Positions 27,812 to 39,047 of a stretch of DNA of 64,000 nt are shown one piece after another. Under the pieces are notes generated by a model that did no database searches, was not told where the DNA came from, and was given only the letters and a program-made list of their open reading frames with translations. Made by a program: the position numbers and the translations under genes. Every line of letters starts with the position of its first letter. The stretch's first letter is position 1. Origin of the DNA: a virus (Duplodnaviria > Caudoviricetes); IMG/VR virus record IMGVR_UViG_2888028904_000001, positions 1 to 64,000 of that record; one strand, 5' to 3'.

Positions 27812-30800
27812 ATGGCGGGAGCATTAGGTAGATTAAATATTGATTTGACGCTGAATACGGCAAATTTCACAAATGCGATCAACCGTAGCCAGCGCCAAAC
27901 AGAACAATTTGGGCAAAGTATTCGCGTCAGTCTTCAAGCTATCACCGTACAACAAGAGCGAATGGTATCGCAAACCGCAAAATCCTCAGCGCTTTTTGCC
28001 CGTTTTGCGAGTGTCACCGCAAGTGCATTATCCATTCATCAAGTCATTAATTATGCCGATAGTTGGACTGAATTACAGAACCGCTTAAAACTGGTGACAG
28101 AAAGCTCCGTTGAGTTAAATAAAGCCACACAAGCCGTCTATGATATTGCCCAAAAAACCTATCAATCATTGGATGCCACAGCACAGGTTTATCAACGTTT
28201 TGCGGATAATGCCGATCGCTTAGGCTTAAGTCAGCAAAAAGTGGCTGAACTCACAGAAACTGTCTCAAAAGCCGTGGCGATTTCGGGAGCGAGTGCAACC
28301 GCAGCACAAGCGGCATTAACCCAATTTGGTCAAGCATTAGCCTCGGGGCAGTTACGCGGGGAAGAGCTGAATTCGGTGATGGAGCAAACCCCTGCGTTAG
28401 CGAAAGCCATCGCTGACGGAATGGGTGTCAGTGTGGGTGAACTAAGGAAGAAAGCCCAAGACGGTGAAATGACGATTGAAAAAGTCATTCAAGCCTTAGA
28501 GCGTGCTGCCGACAGTGTGGATAAAAAATTCGCCACCAGTGTGACAACGGTTAGCCAAGGTTTCACTAATCTTCAATCGGCGATGACCAAATTTATTGGT
28601 GAAGCGAATCAAGGTACAGGTGCGACTCAGCTTTTTACCACAGGGATGACCACTCTTGCCGATAATCTATCGTTAGTCGCTAAAGTAGTCGAAGGGATCG
28701 CCGTCACGGCATTGGTAGCAAAACTCTCTCAATGGACGAAAGCCACTTATCTGAAAAATCAGACAACGTTGAATGAAGCCAAAGCCACATTACAGAGTGC
28801 AGAGGCAAACAGTGTGGCAGCAACCAGTGCCGTGAGGAAGGCATGGGCGGATAAAGAAGCCGCCACATCGGCGCTCAATAGAGCCAAAATGGAATATCAA
28901 GTTGCTAGAGGCACTAACGCGGAAAAAATAGCACTTGATAACCTTATTGCCACAAAATCACTCGCAAGAACAACCTCTCTAAATTATACACAGGCATTAA
29001 CCGCCGAAAACGTTGCTCAACGTGCATTAACGACCGCTCGGCGTCAATCAACGGTGGCGGGGCGAGCACTTAACAGTGTTATGGGATTCGCGGGTGGCCC
29101 TATTGGATTAGTGTTGACGGGTGTTGCGGCATTGGGCATGGGATTGTATGAATACAGCGAAAATGTCAAACAAGCCAAGTTAGAATCGATTGAATTTGCT
29201 CATTCCCTTGATACATCAACAGAAGCGTTAAACAAAATGAGCAATGCCACGTTAGTGGCGAATTTAAGCAAAGTTTCATCGGGCATTAACGCGCAATTGG
29301 AGAAAATCGAGGAACTTAAACAACAGGTTATTTCCTTACAAGGTCTATCAAAATACAGCGTTGAGAGTGAAAAGGCGTTTACTGAACAAGGTGTGGGGGA
29401 TTTATACCTTAAACGAGTGGCTGAAAAGCAAAAAGAGCTTGATGCTGCGATGGGGATATATGCAGAGCAAGTTAATAACTTAGAGCGTCAGCGAGCCAAT
29501 ATGCAAAATATGTTGGCGACACTCAAAGAAAAAGTAGGTGACCAAGCTCCTGAATATAGACGCTATGCCACCGAATTACAAAATGTTGATGCCGTTATCA
29601 ATTCACTTAAGGCGAGTTTAAAGAGTTTAGGCATTGAATATGAATCACTCATTAATATCACGCTTCAGGCGACAAATAGCCAAGTGAATGCCGCCATGGC
29701 GATTGCTAAACAGATTGATGAATCGATTGAAAAATCGCAACGTTCAGTGGCAAAAGCACAAGCCACAGGGAAGGTATTAGCGAAATTAAATGCAGAAGAT
29801 GTATTGGCTTCACGCAAAATTACGCCAGATATGCAAGGCTACGATAAGGCCTTACAAGCTGAAATTGAGGCACAACTGGCACTGCAAGCCAAACGGACGT
29901 ATAAGCCCAGCCATAAATCAACCATTGATTATGCCAAGCAATACACCAAAATCTTAACGGAATTAGAGGAAAAACAAGCCTCACTGATTGCGGATGGACA
30001 AAGTATTCAGCTGTATGGCACTACCTCTTCCTTTAATGAATACACATCCGCATTAGCCGATATCAAACAGAATAAAGACAAATTTGATGCCATCTTAAAA
30101 ATCGATCCCAAAGCCATTGAGACGATAAAAGAAAAAGCGAAAGCCATTGATGATTTAGCTCGTGCCAACTCGGTTGCGCAATTTGCTTATGATCGCGGTA
30201 AAGAAATTGAGCAGATGCAATTTGAAACCACCTTGATAGGAAAGACACGCGCAGAGCAAGAAAAACTCAATGCCCTTCGTCAGATTGATGTGCTGTATCA
30301 GCAAGCCAGTGTGGATTTAGGCGAGAAAGAGCTGGCGAACTTACAACGCAATGTCGAACTCACTAAGCAGCAGATTGAGGAAGAGCTGAGGAAGCGAGAG
30401 GCCATGAAAGGCGATCCGATGGTGGGATTAAAACAAGGCTTATCGGATTTCAGTGAGTCGGCTATGGATGTAATGGAGAACGTCAGAAACGTCACTACCA
30501 ATGCCCTTAATAATATGTCTGATGCATTAGCCGATTTTGCTTTAACGGGCAAAGGAAGCTTTAAAGATTTTGCCAATGCGGTGATTTCCGATATCACTCG
30601 AATGGTAATGAAAATGCTGATTTTCAAAGCCATTGAAGCAGGCGGGCAGGCAATGGGCTTTGATATGGGATGGATGAGCAAAGGGCATGCTTACGGTGGT
30701 TATACGGGGCATGGAGGAAAATTCGAACCTAAAGGGATTGTACATGGTGGTGAGTTTGTTTTTACCAAAGAAGCGACGGCTAAATTGGGTGTCGGCAATC

Positions 30801-31087
30801 TCTATCGCTTAATGCATGCGGCGCAAGGTTATGCTTCGGGGGGCTTTGTGGGGCCGGTCGCAGGGCGAATACCCGTTACACCGCAACCGACGTTAGCCCA
30901 TGCAGGTGGTGTACAAATGACCGTCGTTAATCATATTACGGTGACGGGAAATGGTGACGCTGTACTTGCACAGGCAATGAAGGAAGCCGCACAACAAGGG
31001 ACAGAAGCAGGCGCACAGAAAGCTCACGCGATGATGTTACAAGACTTTCAAAGTAATGGCGCAGCACGCAGAACATTAGGAGTCTAA
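27812..31087 (+). CDS. Tail tape measure protein
   Basis: ALASGQLRGEELNSV; Ala-rich helical; GGYTG.GG..EPKGIVH.GE. Confidence 0.95.
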   Translation: MAGALGRLNIDLTLNTANFTNAINRSQRQTEQFGQSIRVSLQAITVQQERMVSQTAKSSALFARFASVTASALSIHQVINYADSWTELQNRLKLVTESSVELNKATQAVYDIAQKTYQSLDATAQVYQRFADNADRLGLSQQKVAELTETVSKAVAISGASATAAQAALTQFGQALASGQLRGEELNSVMEQTPALAKAIADGMGVSVGELRKKAQDGEMTIEKVIQALERAADSVDKKFATSVTTVSQGFTNLQSAMTKFIGEANQGTGATQLFTTGMTTLADNLSLVAKVVEGIAVTALVAKLSQWTKATYLKNQTTLNEAKATLQSAEANSVAATSAVRKAWADKEAATSALNRAKMEYQVARGTNAEKIALDNLIATKSLARTTSLNYTQALTAENVAQRALTTARRQSTVAGRALNSVMGFAGGPIGLVLTGVAALGMGLYEYSENVKQAKLESIEFAHSLDTSTEALNKMSNATLVANLSKVSSGINAQLEKIEELKQQVISLQGLSKYSVESEKAFTEQGVGDLYLKRVAEKQKELDAAMGIYAEQVNNLERQRANMQNMLATLKEKVGDQAPEYRRYATELQNVDAVINSLKASLKSLGIEYESLINITLQATNSQVNAAMAIAKQIDESIEKSQRSVAKAQATGKVLAKLNAEDVLASRKITPDMQGYDKALQAEIEAQLALQAKRTYKPSHKSTIDYAKQYTKILTELEEKQASLIADGQSIQLYGTTSSFNEYTSALADIKQNKDKFDAILKIDPKAIETIKEKAKAIDDLARANSVAQFAYDRGKEIEQMQFETTLIGKTRAEQEKLNALRQIDVLYQQASVDLGEKELANLQRNVELTKQQIEEELRKREAMKGDPMVGLKQGLSDFSESAMDVMENVRNVTTNALNNMSDALADFALTGKGSFKDFANAVISDITRMVMKMLIFKAIEAGGQAMGFDMGWMSKGHAYGGYTGHGGKFEPKGIVHGGEFVFTKEATAKLGVGNLYRLMHAAQGYASGGFVGPVAGRIPVTPQPTLAHAGGVQMTVVNHITVTGNGDAVLAQAMKEAAQQGTEAGAQKAHAMMLQDFQSNGAARRTLGV

Positions 31088-31684
31088 ATGTCTATTCTTG
31101 AATGGCCAAAAGAGGTGATCCCCACACAAGAAAACTGGCAATTATTGAGTAACAGCAAAACCTTTACCTCACCATTTAATGGAAGTAGCCAGACGGTACG
31201 CTTTCCGGGAAGCCGTTGGCGTTGTGAGCTGACATTTAATAATTTAAATGAAGAGAAATCGCGCCAGTTAGAAGCGCTGGTGGCTTCATTGGATGGGATG
31301 TCGGGGCGAGTCAAAATATCAAGCTGGATAAGAAAAGGGCGTTATGGGTATGGTTCGCCTCGTATTGCAATACCGAGCCAATTGGGTAATCGACTAGAAA
31401 CGAAGGACTGGAAGCGCAATATGCGCGTGTTACAGCAAGGGGATCGCTTAACTGTGGGCAATGAACTCAAAATGGTGGTGGCGGATGTGGTCAGTGATAA
31501 TCAAGGACGTGCCATTATTCTTATTTCGCCGATGTTAAGAACATCACCTACCGTCAATGAAATGCTCGAGGTTGAGCGTCCTTTTGGAGTTTTTCGGCTC
31601 GTTGATAATGAACAGGGTAAATTTCAGCATCGTCGCTTGGGGTATACCCATATCACGTTATCTTTTGAGGAGGTGTTGTACTAA
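31088..31684 (+). CDS. Distal tail protein
   Basis: F.SPFNG..QTV.FPG.RW; after TMP. Confidence 0.7.
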   Translation: MSILEWPKEVIPTQENWQLLSNSKTFTSPFNGSSQTVRFPGSRWRCELTFNNLNEEKSRQLEALVASLDGMSGRVKISSWIRKGRYGYGSPRIAIPSQLGNRLETKDWKRNMRVLQQGDRLTVGNELKMVVADVVSDNQGRAIILISPMLRTSPTVNEMLEVERPFGVFRLVDNEQGKFQHRRLGYTHITLSFEEVLY

Positions 31685-32265
31685 TGCAATATCATCCATT
31701 TTCTGATGCCATGGTCAACGCGATTAATGAGGGAGCTTATATCGTTTTAGCTGCCAGACTCGATTTGAAATCAGGCGTCACCTGTGCGCATACCGGTGTT
31801 GGGCAACTGATTATTGCGGGTGAAACCTATTTAGGTGTAGGAAGTTTAGGTGAAATCAGTCAGCTAAAAGAGAATAAGACAACCAGTCCTCCACAACTAC
31901 AGCTTAAATTAGCCGGTTTTGATAAATCGCTGGTGGGAATGGTGATGAATGAGCAAAGTCGAGGACGCGAAGTCCGGTTGATGATGGTCGCCATTGGTGA
32001 AGAGGGAAAACCGTTGCTTGCTGAAGTCTTATTTGTCGGACAAATCACATCTATCAATGTAGTGTCTGGCGAAGAAAATGCCGTATGTGTTAATGTTTCT
32101 AATCGATTCGAGCGATGGTCAATCGGGTTACCTGATAGATTCACCGATGAATCGTGGTCATCTCGAAGACAAGGTGATCGTATCTTTCGCTATGTCGCTC
32201 AAATGGCTGAACGGGCCATTTATTGGGGCAGTAAGAAAGATGCACCTGCATTTATTTATAAATAA
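31684..32265 (+). CDS. Minor tail protein
   Basis: YLGVG.LG; synteny. Confidence 0.65.
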   Translation: MQYHPFSDAMVNAINEGAYIVLAARLDLKSGVTCAHTGVGQLIIAGETYLGVGSLGEISQLKENKTTSPPQLQLKLAGFDKSLVGMVMNEQSRGREVRLMMVAIGEEGKPLLAEVLFVGQITSINVVSGEENAVCVNVSNRFERWSIGLPDRFTDESWSSRRQGDRIFRYVAQMAERAIYWGSKKDAPAFIYK

Positions 32266-32282
32266 TTGTTGGAAGAAACGAA

Positions 32283-32831
32283 ATGAGTAAAAAACTTTTA
32301 GTTCCCCTTATTATGACGAGTCTATCGCTATGCGCAGCAAGTGCACAAGCCGTAGGTGAAAATACGCTTTCATTAGGTTATGCACAAAGTCATGTTAAAG
32401 CGGATGGCGATAAACTAAAAGAGAAGCCGAAAGGATTTAATGTCAAATATCGTTATGAATTCGATAATCATTTAGGTGTTATTGGTTCTTTTGCTTATAC
32501 ACATCAAGGCTATGATTATCGCTTAGGATCTCACTCTGTGGGAAATGGCGATCTTGATTATTATTCACTTACCGTGGGGCCAACCTATCGTTTTAACGAT
32601 TATATTAGCGCATATGGTTTATTGGGTATTGCCCACGGTAAAGCTGAAATGGAGTTAAATGCCCCGGGTTATCACGAAAAAGAAAGCCAAAGTAAATCTG
32701 CATTCGCTTATGGTGCGGGACTTCAATTTAACCCATATCCCAATATCGCTATTGATGCTTCCTATGAATACACTAAATTTCATGATGTTAAAGTAGGTAC
32801 ATGGATGGTCGGTCTTGGCTATCGTTTCTAA
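32283..32831 (+). CDS. Ail/Lom/OmpX-family outer-membrane protein
   Basis: Signal peptide, GFNVKYRYE, GPTYRFND, C-terminal GLGYRF. Confidence 0.93.
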   Translation: MSKKLLVPLIMTSLSLCAASAQAVGENTLSLGYAQSHVKADGDKLKEKPKGFNVKYRYEFDNHLGVIGSFAYTHQGYDYRLGSHSVGNGDLDYYSLTVGPTYRFNDYISAYGLLGIAHGKAEMELNAPGYHEKESQSKSAFAYGAGLQFNPYPNIAIDASYEYTKFHDVKVGTWMVGLGYRF

Positions 32832-32898
32832 TTAAAGATAAATATTATGTATGAAAGTCGGCATTATGCCGGCTTTTTTGTTTTTAGGCGTTCTGATA

Positions 32899-33297
32899 AT
32901 GAAACAACCTAACTGGACACTTAAATTACCCGAAACCATAAGGGTGGCGATGAGCCGCCCTTTTTCATGGGGTGAATTTGATTGTTGTATTTTTGCCTCT
33001 GAATGTATTTACGCACAATGCGGTTTCTCGCCAATAAAGCCTTATCTCAATCACTATAAAACCAAAGCAGAAGCCTTCAATCTTATCAAATCTAAATTTG
33101 GCTCATTAGAGAAAGCCGTTTCACGCTATTTCAAATCCATTGAGATTGAGTGTGTTCAGCGTGGCGACCTCGTACTGTTTAAAGGTGAGGATGGTGAAAG
33201 TTTAGCCGTGGTCTGGGCGGGGCATTATTGGGGCGTAACCCCACAAGGCGTGAAGCCGGTGCAGATTAACCCAATCAAAGCGTGGAGAGTGGAATAA
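32899..33297 (+). CDS. NlpC/P60-like tail assembly protein
   Basis: FSWGEFDCC, QRGDLV. Confidence 0.7.
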   Translation: MKQPNWTLKLPETIRVAMSRPFSWGEFDCCIFASECIYAQCGFSPIKPYLNHYKTKAEAFNLIKSKFGSLEKAVSRYFKSIEIECVQRGDLVLFKGEDGESLAVVWAGHYWGVTPQGVKPVQINPIKAWRVE

Positions 33298-36200
33298 TGG
33301 GTGGGAGTGGTGGATTAATTTCAAAAGTCTTGGGTGCTGGCTTAATGATTGCTGGGCTATTTACCGGTGGCGTGACATCGGCGATGGGCATGGCGCTGAT
33401 GGCGGCAGGCGTTGCGGTTCAAGTCGCGGGTTCGCTTATCTTTAAGCCAAAACTGCCTTCCATGAATTATCGAGATACGGGTGAACGCAAACAGATGTTA
33501 CGTTCATCGTCTGCGCCTGAAACCGTAATTGTCGGAAAAACAGTGATATCGGGTTTGCTTTTCTTCGCCGAAGAAGAAGCGGGGGAACAAGATGAAAACG
33601 AAAAAATCACACTGGCATTAGCGTTAGCAGGGCACCCCATAGAGAAAATTGGGAAGATTTGGTTGGGAGACGATTTAATTGAGACGTTTGGTGAATATAC
33701 CGTTCATGAAGTTAAACACCTTTGGTTAAAGAGTTTAAAAATCACGGCACCTGTTGTTGAAGTGGAGTTGCATAATGACAGGGAAGATGTCGATCCCTTT
33801 ATGCTTAAAAATTGCCCGTCATGGAAAGAGGATATGATTGGTCGAGGTCTGGCGTGGTTACGAGTGACACTCACGTTTGACCAAGAAAAATTCCCTTATG
33901 GATTACCCAATGTGAAATGTGAAGTCTGGGGAAAACATCTGTTTGATCCTCGCACTGGGCAAACTGCATGGAGTAATAATGGGGCTTTAGTCATTTTGGA
34001 TTATTACCGCCATTATTTAAAAGTGCCTGATACGGATATTGATTTTGACAGCTTTAAACAGGCGGCCGATTTATGTGATGAAAAAGTGAGTCTACCAGAA
34101 GGCGGATTTGAGTCGCGATATACCCTTAATGGTGCCTATGACTTAAATGAGAGTCCATCCAGTGTTTTGGAAGTGATGCACAAATGCATCAACGCGGAAC
34201 CGACATTCACCGCAGGAAAACATGGTATTCAAATCGGCGCTTATTATGGGCCTGCAATAAAAACCATCACTGAATCACAATTGATTGGCACCGTCACATG
34301 TACCCCTGAAACAGGATTAAAAGACGCCACCAATACGGTGTATGGCACGTTTATTGATGCCGAACAGTTGTACACAAAAACCGACTTCACGCCTGTGATT
34401 GTGGACGAATGGGTGAAAGAGGATGGCTTAGAAATTCGAGAGAATATCGACTATCGTTTTGTCACCAGCCCTTATCAAGCCCAACGATTAGCTCGCCAAT
34501 ATCTTCGTAAAAAGAAAGCAGGAAGACGAGTTCAATTGACCATGAACTTAGACGGCTATGCTTATCGTCCGGGTGAAGTTGTGCTTTTAGAATTACCTTC
34601 TTTGGGAATTAGTGGGCTGGAATTCCGTATTGCCGAATGGTCTTTTCATGCTTTAGACGGTGTGGCTTTAACGTTGGAAGAGGATGGTGCCTATCTATAT
34701 GAAGATGTGATTGGCAAACCGTTTGAGCGTCCCCCGTTTGTGAGTTTACCCACTGGCGGTGTTGCTTCACCCATTAATCTTACCTTTGTTCCACTTGCAG
34801 TCAGTGACATCGTACAAGGTACGCTTTCTTGGCAAAATGTTGCTTCTGATGTGCGCTATAACACCGTTACTGTTCTTCAAGAAGGCAATGTTATTCAATC
34901 TATTCAGGTACCGGCTGAGCGTGTTGATATTAACGGATTAGCGCGAGGAACTTATCGTGTTGAAGTTAGGGCGACAAATGTGGCAGGCGCAATGTCGGCA
35001 CCCGCTATCAGTGACTTTGCCATTCAAGCACCACCGCCTCCTGAGCATATTGATGTTACCTCTGGCTTATTTAATCTGACCATTGCACCGAAACAAGGCG
35101 ATAGTGCTGTCTTTGGTTATACCTTTGAGTTTTGGTTTAGTGAGGAAAAGCTCGCTGATCTTTCTGAAAATGAAGTGATCACCAAAACAAACAAAGTTGG
35201 CCAAGGGAATTTCTGGACGCAAGAGAATTTAAAAGCAGGGCATACGTATTATTTTTATGTTCGAACAATCAACAGCTATGGCAAATCACCTTTTGTGGAA
35301 GCTTCAGGTACTTGCTCTTCTCAAACGGATTTAATTCTTGAGGAATTAGCGGGGCAAATTAGCCGAGACCAATTAGCGCAAGACCTATTGGGTGAGATCA
35401 ACAGCAAGGCTAACCAACTCGATATTACTGAATTACATGAGTTGATGAGGATAAATCATGACAAGATTTTATCTGAGTTGATGAGGCATGGAGCAACTAT
35501 TGAAGAAAGTGAAAAAAAACTGGAGGAGGCAGGAAAATTATTAGCTGAGCGAATGAACCAAGTTGCAACGGCAACAGAAGCACAGGCCGCCACAATTAAA
35601 CAAGAGCAACAAGCACGTATTGAGGCTGATAAAACTGAAGCACAACAACGGCAATCCTTAGCTACTCAACTTCGTGGTGATTATACCGGCAATGATTTAT
35701 CGAAAGTCACCGCAGGACTTATCTCCGCAGAGAAACAAGCACGTGTTACAGGCGACCAAGCGGAAACCAAAGCCAGACAGTCATTGGAAACACGGATGAA
35801 TGGAAATGTTTCCGCGATTAATAAATCATTAGAAACCCTCACTTCAAAACAGCAAGCCCAAACGCAAGAGATTTCAACGCTCAATTCAACTCTTAAAGGG
35901 AAAGCTGATAGTAGTGCGGTAAATGCGTTAAATACGCGTGTATCTAATATCGATGGCAAAGTGACGTCTGCAACCTCACAGGTACAAACGTTATCCAGCA
36001 AATTAGATAAAGTGAAAGCCGATTTAACGGAGTCTGTGGTGGTGGATTTAGATTTATCAAAACTCAATGAAAACACCTATTATCCGGTTATTTTGCCATT
36101 AGTGACCTCTCGTCGTTACGCGTTTAAGGTTTTTAGAACCTTAGGGCAATATAGAGACAATAAACCCAGCTATGCGACACATGGCACCAAAGGCTTTGCC

Positions 36201-37112
36201 ATGATTGTGGAATGGCAAGTCAGTGGTTCTGGATGGGGAACACAGTCTGAAAACCGCATCATTGATAATTTTGATTGGCGATGGACAAATCAATCCCCTG
36301 TGCTGGGACCCGCTCAATTAATAAATGGTTCTGTGGAATATATCTATTTGCGGGGAGGGGCAAAATATCAGTTAACTAAACACAAAAGTGTTAACCATCA
36401 AATTATCACCAGCACTTATACCAACAACAAGCAATCGGTGGCACCAAAGGGGTTTGTGGCGAATGAAGTACCTAAGTCGAGCGAACAGAAAGCCAATGCA
36501 ATGGCGAATGCGGTAAGCCAACTTGAAACTAAAGTGACTGAGGTTTCAGGTAAAGTGACCTCTACCGCTCAGCAAGTCACTCGTTTAGAAAGCCAAGTGG
36601 GTACAAGTTCAGCCAAAATCGAACAAACTTCGAAAGTGGTCACAGACATAAATGGCAAAATTTCAGCATCATGGACAATGAAAGTCCAACAAGATAGCAA
36701 AGGGAATAAAGTCATTACCGGCATTGGCTTAGGGTTTAATGCACAAGGAAATAGCCAATTTCTGGTCAATGCCCAAAACTTTGCAGTGATATCGTCATTA
36801 AACGGTAAAGTGGTGACACCGTTTGTGATCCAAAATGGACAAGCTTTTTTCAATGATGCGTTATTTAGCAAGGCAACCATTGATAAATTATCGGTAGGTA
36901 AAAAAATCACATCCACTAATTATTTAACGGGCAAGAAAGGATTTAATATTGATGCCACAACAGGGAATGTGGAATTAAATGATGCAGTATTTCGTGGACG
37001 ATTAGATATTAACTCAGGAGGAACAAAAGGGCGGTTAGTGATCACGAATAATACTATTTATGTTTACGATGAAAACAATCAGTTAGCGGCAAAAATAGGT
37101 TATTTAGGGTAG
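33297..37112 (+). CDS. Tail tip / host-specificity protein (J-like)
   Basis: Hub domain, FN3 repeats (YYFYVRTIN.YGKS), coiled coils, DUF1983-like C-terminus. Confidence 0.9.
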   Translation: MGGSGGLISKVLGAGLMIAGLFTGGVTSAMGMALMAAGVAVQVAGSLIFKPKLPSMNYRDTGERKQMLRSSSAPETVIVGKTVISGLLFFAEEEAGEQDENEKITLALALAGHPIEKIGKIWLGDDLIETFGEYTVHEVKHLWLKSLKITAPVVEVELHNDREDVDPFMLKNCPSWKEDMIGRGLAWLRVTLTFDQEKFPYGLPNVKCEVWGKHLFDPRTGQTAWSNNGALVILDYYRHYLKVPDTDIDFDSFKQAADLCDEKVSLPEGGFESRYTLNGAYDLNESPSSVLEVMHKCINAEPTFTAGKHGIQIGAYYGPAIKTITESQLIGTVTCTPETGLKDATNTVYGTFIDAEQLYTKTDFTPVIVDEWVKEDGLEIRENIDYRFVTSPYQAQRLARQYLRKKKAGRRVQLTMNLDGYAYRPGEVVLLELPSLGISGLEFRIAEWSFHALDGVALTLEEDGAYLYEDVIGKPFERPPFVSLPTGGVASPINLTFVPLAVSDIVQGTLSWQNVASDVRYNTVTVLQEGNVIQSIQVPAERVDINGLARGTYRVEVRATNVAGAMSAPAISDFAIQAPPPPEHIDVTSGLFNLTIAPKQGDSAVFGYTFEFWFSEEKLADLSENEVITKTNKVGQGNFWTQENLKAGHTYYFYVRTINSYGKSPFVEASGTCSSQTDLILEELAGQISRDQLAQDLLGEINSKANQLDITELHELMRINHDKILSELMRHGATIEESEKKLEEAGKLLAERMNQVATATEAQAATIKQEQQARIEADKTEAQQRQSLATQLRGDYTGNDLSKVTAGLISAEKQARVTGDQAETKARQSLETRMNGNVSAINKSLETLTSKQQAQTQEISTLNSTLKGKADSSAVNALNTRVSNIDGKVTSATSQVQTLSSKLDKVKADLTESVVVDLDLSKLNENTYYPVILPLVTSRRYAFKVFRTLGQYRDNKPSYATHGTKGFAMIVEWQVSGSGWGTQSENRIIDNFDWRWTNQSPVLGPAQLINGSVEYIYLRGGAKYQLTKHKSVNHQIITSTYTNNKQSVAPKGFVANEVPKSSEQKANAMANAVSQLETKVTEVSGKVTSTAQQVTRLESQVGTSSAKIEQTSKVVTDINGKISASWTMKVQQDSKGNKVITGIGLGFNAQGNSQFLVNAQNFAVISSLNGKVVTPFVIQNGQAFFNDALFSKATIDKLSVGKKITSTNYLTGKKGFNIDATTGNVELNDAVFRGRLDINSGGTKGRLVITNNTIYVYDENNQLAAKIGYLG

Positions 37113-37115
37113 CGT

Positions 37116-37367
37116 ATGAAGTTTATTGTTTTAATTACAGCATTATTATTGTCAGGGTGTACCTCTGGATATAAAAAAGTCGATTGCCAAGGTGTTTACC
37201 AAATAAAAACTTTTCACTATCAACAACCTGTATTGGTAAAGTTTGATAAAAAGAGAGAAACCATTAAAGGGCCTCTTTATCATGCTGTACCTCAATTAGG
37301 ATTTAAATTCTTAGGAGGATGGGTATCTCCTGATGCCGTAGAGGATTTCTCATGTCGTGGGGAATAG
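37116..37367 (+). CDS. cor: Cor-like superinfection-exclusion lipoprotein
   Basis: LLSGC lipobox; C...WVS...C pattern; position after J. Confidence 0.7.
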   Translation: MKFIVLITALLLSGCTSGYKKVDCQGVYQIKTFHYQQPVLVKFDKKRETIKGPLYHAVPQLGFKFLGGWVSPDAVEDFSCRGE

Positions 37368-37615
37368 AGATATATGAAAAAGGAAAGCCAATAAAAATCA
37401 CAGGGCGTTCATTTATTTTTGACCAAATAGCGGTCACTCAGAATGGCAGTAAAACTTATAATAATATTCCTAAAGGGCGGTCATTGGCCGCCTATATTGC
37501 CGCTAGAAATCGAGGATCTTATTTCACTGTTAGAGTCGAGAATAATAAAATCTCGTGGAATTCTCTACGCGGTAGCCAATCGATTAATGGAATTATTATG
37601 GTACTAATTAAATGA
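37352..37615 (+). CDS. Small tail-associated protein
   Basis: MSWGIEIY start typical of post-J genes. Confidence 0.6.
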   Translation: MSWGIEIYEKGKPIKITGRSFIFDQIAVTQNGSKTYNNIPKGRSLAAYIAARNRGSYFTVRVENNKISWNSLRGSQSINGIIMVLIK

Positions 37616-38253
37616 GTAAATATGGTGCATTATTTTTTAATCAGGGAATTACCGAAGAATTAACACCTTATGAATCAGCCGTATTTTTAAAAAAAATAAA
37701 AACAAAGCCAGGACTAATTAAAGTCATCGAAGGTAATAATAACGCAGTGCCACTTATTTTTATTCGAATTCTTAATTCTTCTAATCCATCATTAGGTGGA
37801 TTATCTGAAGTAATTTATGAAAACAATGCGTGGTGTGTGAATTTAATCGATACTATTCAAGGTAATTCAGCAGAATATGAGCTCTATGTATTTGTGAAGT
37901 CTTCTTATCATATTTCACTTCATCCTCAAAAATGGGGAATTCAAATTTATCATAAAGGTGTTATTACACATGCCTCAAGCCAAAGACCGCTTAATTTATT
38001 AGAGGGAAATAACTTTGTGCTCACAGGAAATAATTGGAGTGGTGTGGATGTCGGATTCCCTTGTGCGGTATTAATCACAACAATTGGGCATATAGGGATG
38101 ATGGATTCGATGGGAGGAAAAACGATTAGAGTAACTCTTTGTGGGCGAGGTAATCGTATTATCCCTCATTCCATGATAGTAGCCGGACAGATGTCAACAA
38201 CCTCTCTAGGTAAGCAGTATTTTTATATTGATGTGAGGGAGTATGGTGGGTGA
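37612..38253 (+). CDS. Tail-associated protein
   Basis: YGA.., WGIQIY..S..RPL, terminal IDV..Y. Confidence 0.6.
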   Translation: MSKYGALFFNQGITEELTPYESAVFLKKIKTKPGLIKVIEGNNNAVPLIFIRILNSSNPSLGGLSEVIYENNAWCVNLIDTIQGNSAEYELYVFVKSSYHISLHPQKWGIQIYHKGVITHASSQRPLNLLEGNNFVLTGNNWSGVDVGFPCAVLITTIGHIGMMDSMGGKTIRVTLCGRGNRIIPHSMIVAGQMSTTSLGKQYFYIDVREYGG

Positions 38254-38289
38254 TAGAAAAGAGTTTAGATAGTTGGTGGTGGTCGGCTT

Positions 38290-38836
38290 TGTACTGTGAG
38301 TTCAACCATAAAAGGGTATACTGACTTTATTGCGAACTATCATTGAACATGAGAATAAAACCGAAAAAATTACTGAAATAGAATAAACCTGAACTACTGA
38401 CAGTATCTGAAAGTAGCAACGAATGTTGGTCTATGGACTTTAGGCATGATTAACCGTCAGATAGTCGTTCATCCGTTTTCTGAATATCATCAGAACATTG
38501 GTTCATCTCATGGGGTGGAAAGAGAAAACTGTCGCCATTCGGTGTGATAAAGGTCCTAAATATACAGGAAAGATACTGATGTTATGGGGAAATATACCCC
38601 TCCGTTTTATTCAACCAAGCAAATTTCAGCAGAATGCTTATATTGAGCACTATAACTGGTCGGTACGTTATGACTGACTGCGATAATATTTTTTTAATTG
38701 CAGGACTATACCACGCGATGGCAATGATCCTATAACTACGACCGAATATTGGGTTAGATAGTTTTACGTTAATACAGTATAGTCAACGTATGGACTAACT
38801 CTAATTATCACATCCATTAAAAATGTGGGAATTACC
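38290..38836 (+). pseudogene. Degenerate IS3-family OrfB transposase remnant
   Basis: Fragmented motifs NHKRVY, NECWSMDF, IRCDKGP.Y, IQPSK.QQNAYIE, with stops and frameshifts. Confidence 0.8.
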
Positions 38837-39047
38837 GAATCCTCCGGCTACCTATAACACTGATAATAAGATAAAGAAAACTGAGACCTCAAAGGTAATA
38901 AATGCTAATAATATGTAAAATAAAAAAGTGTTCCTTTATCTAATGACTGAATAATCCAATGTCTTAGATGTGTTTTCTTTTGTCAAAATTTGGAACGGAC
39001 TATTTGACAGACTTCATCTAAAGTAAGCATGGTTGTAACAATAGAGT

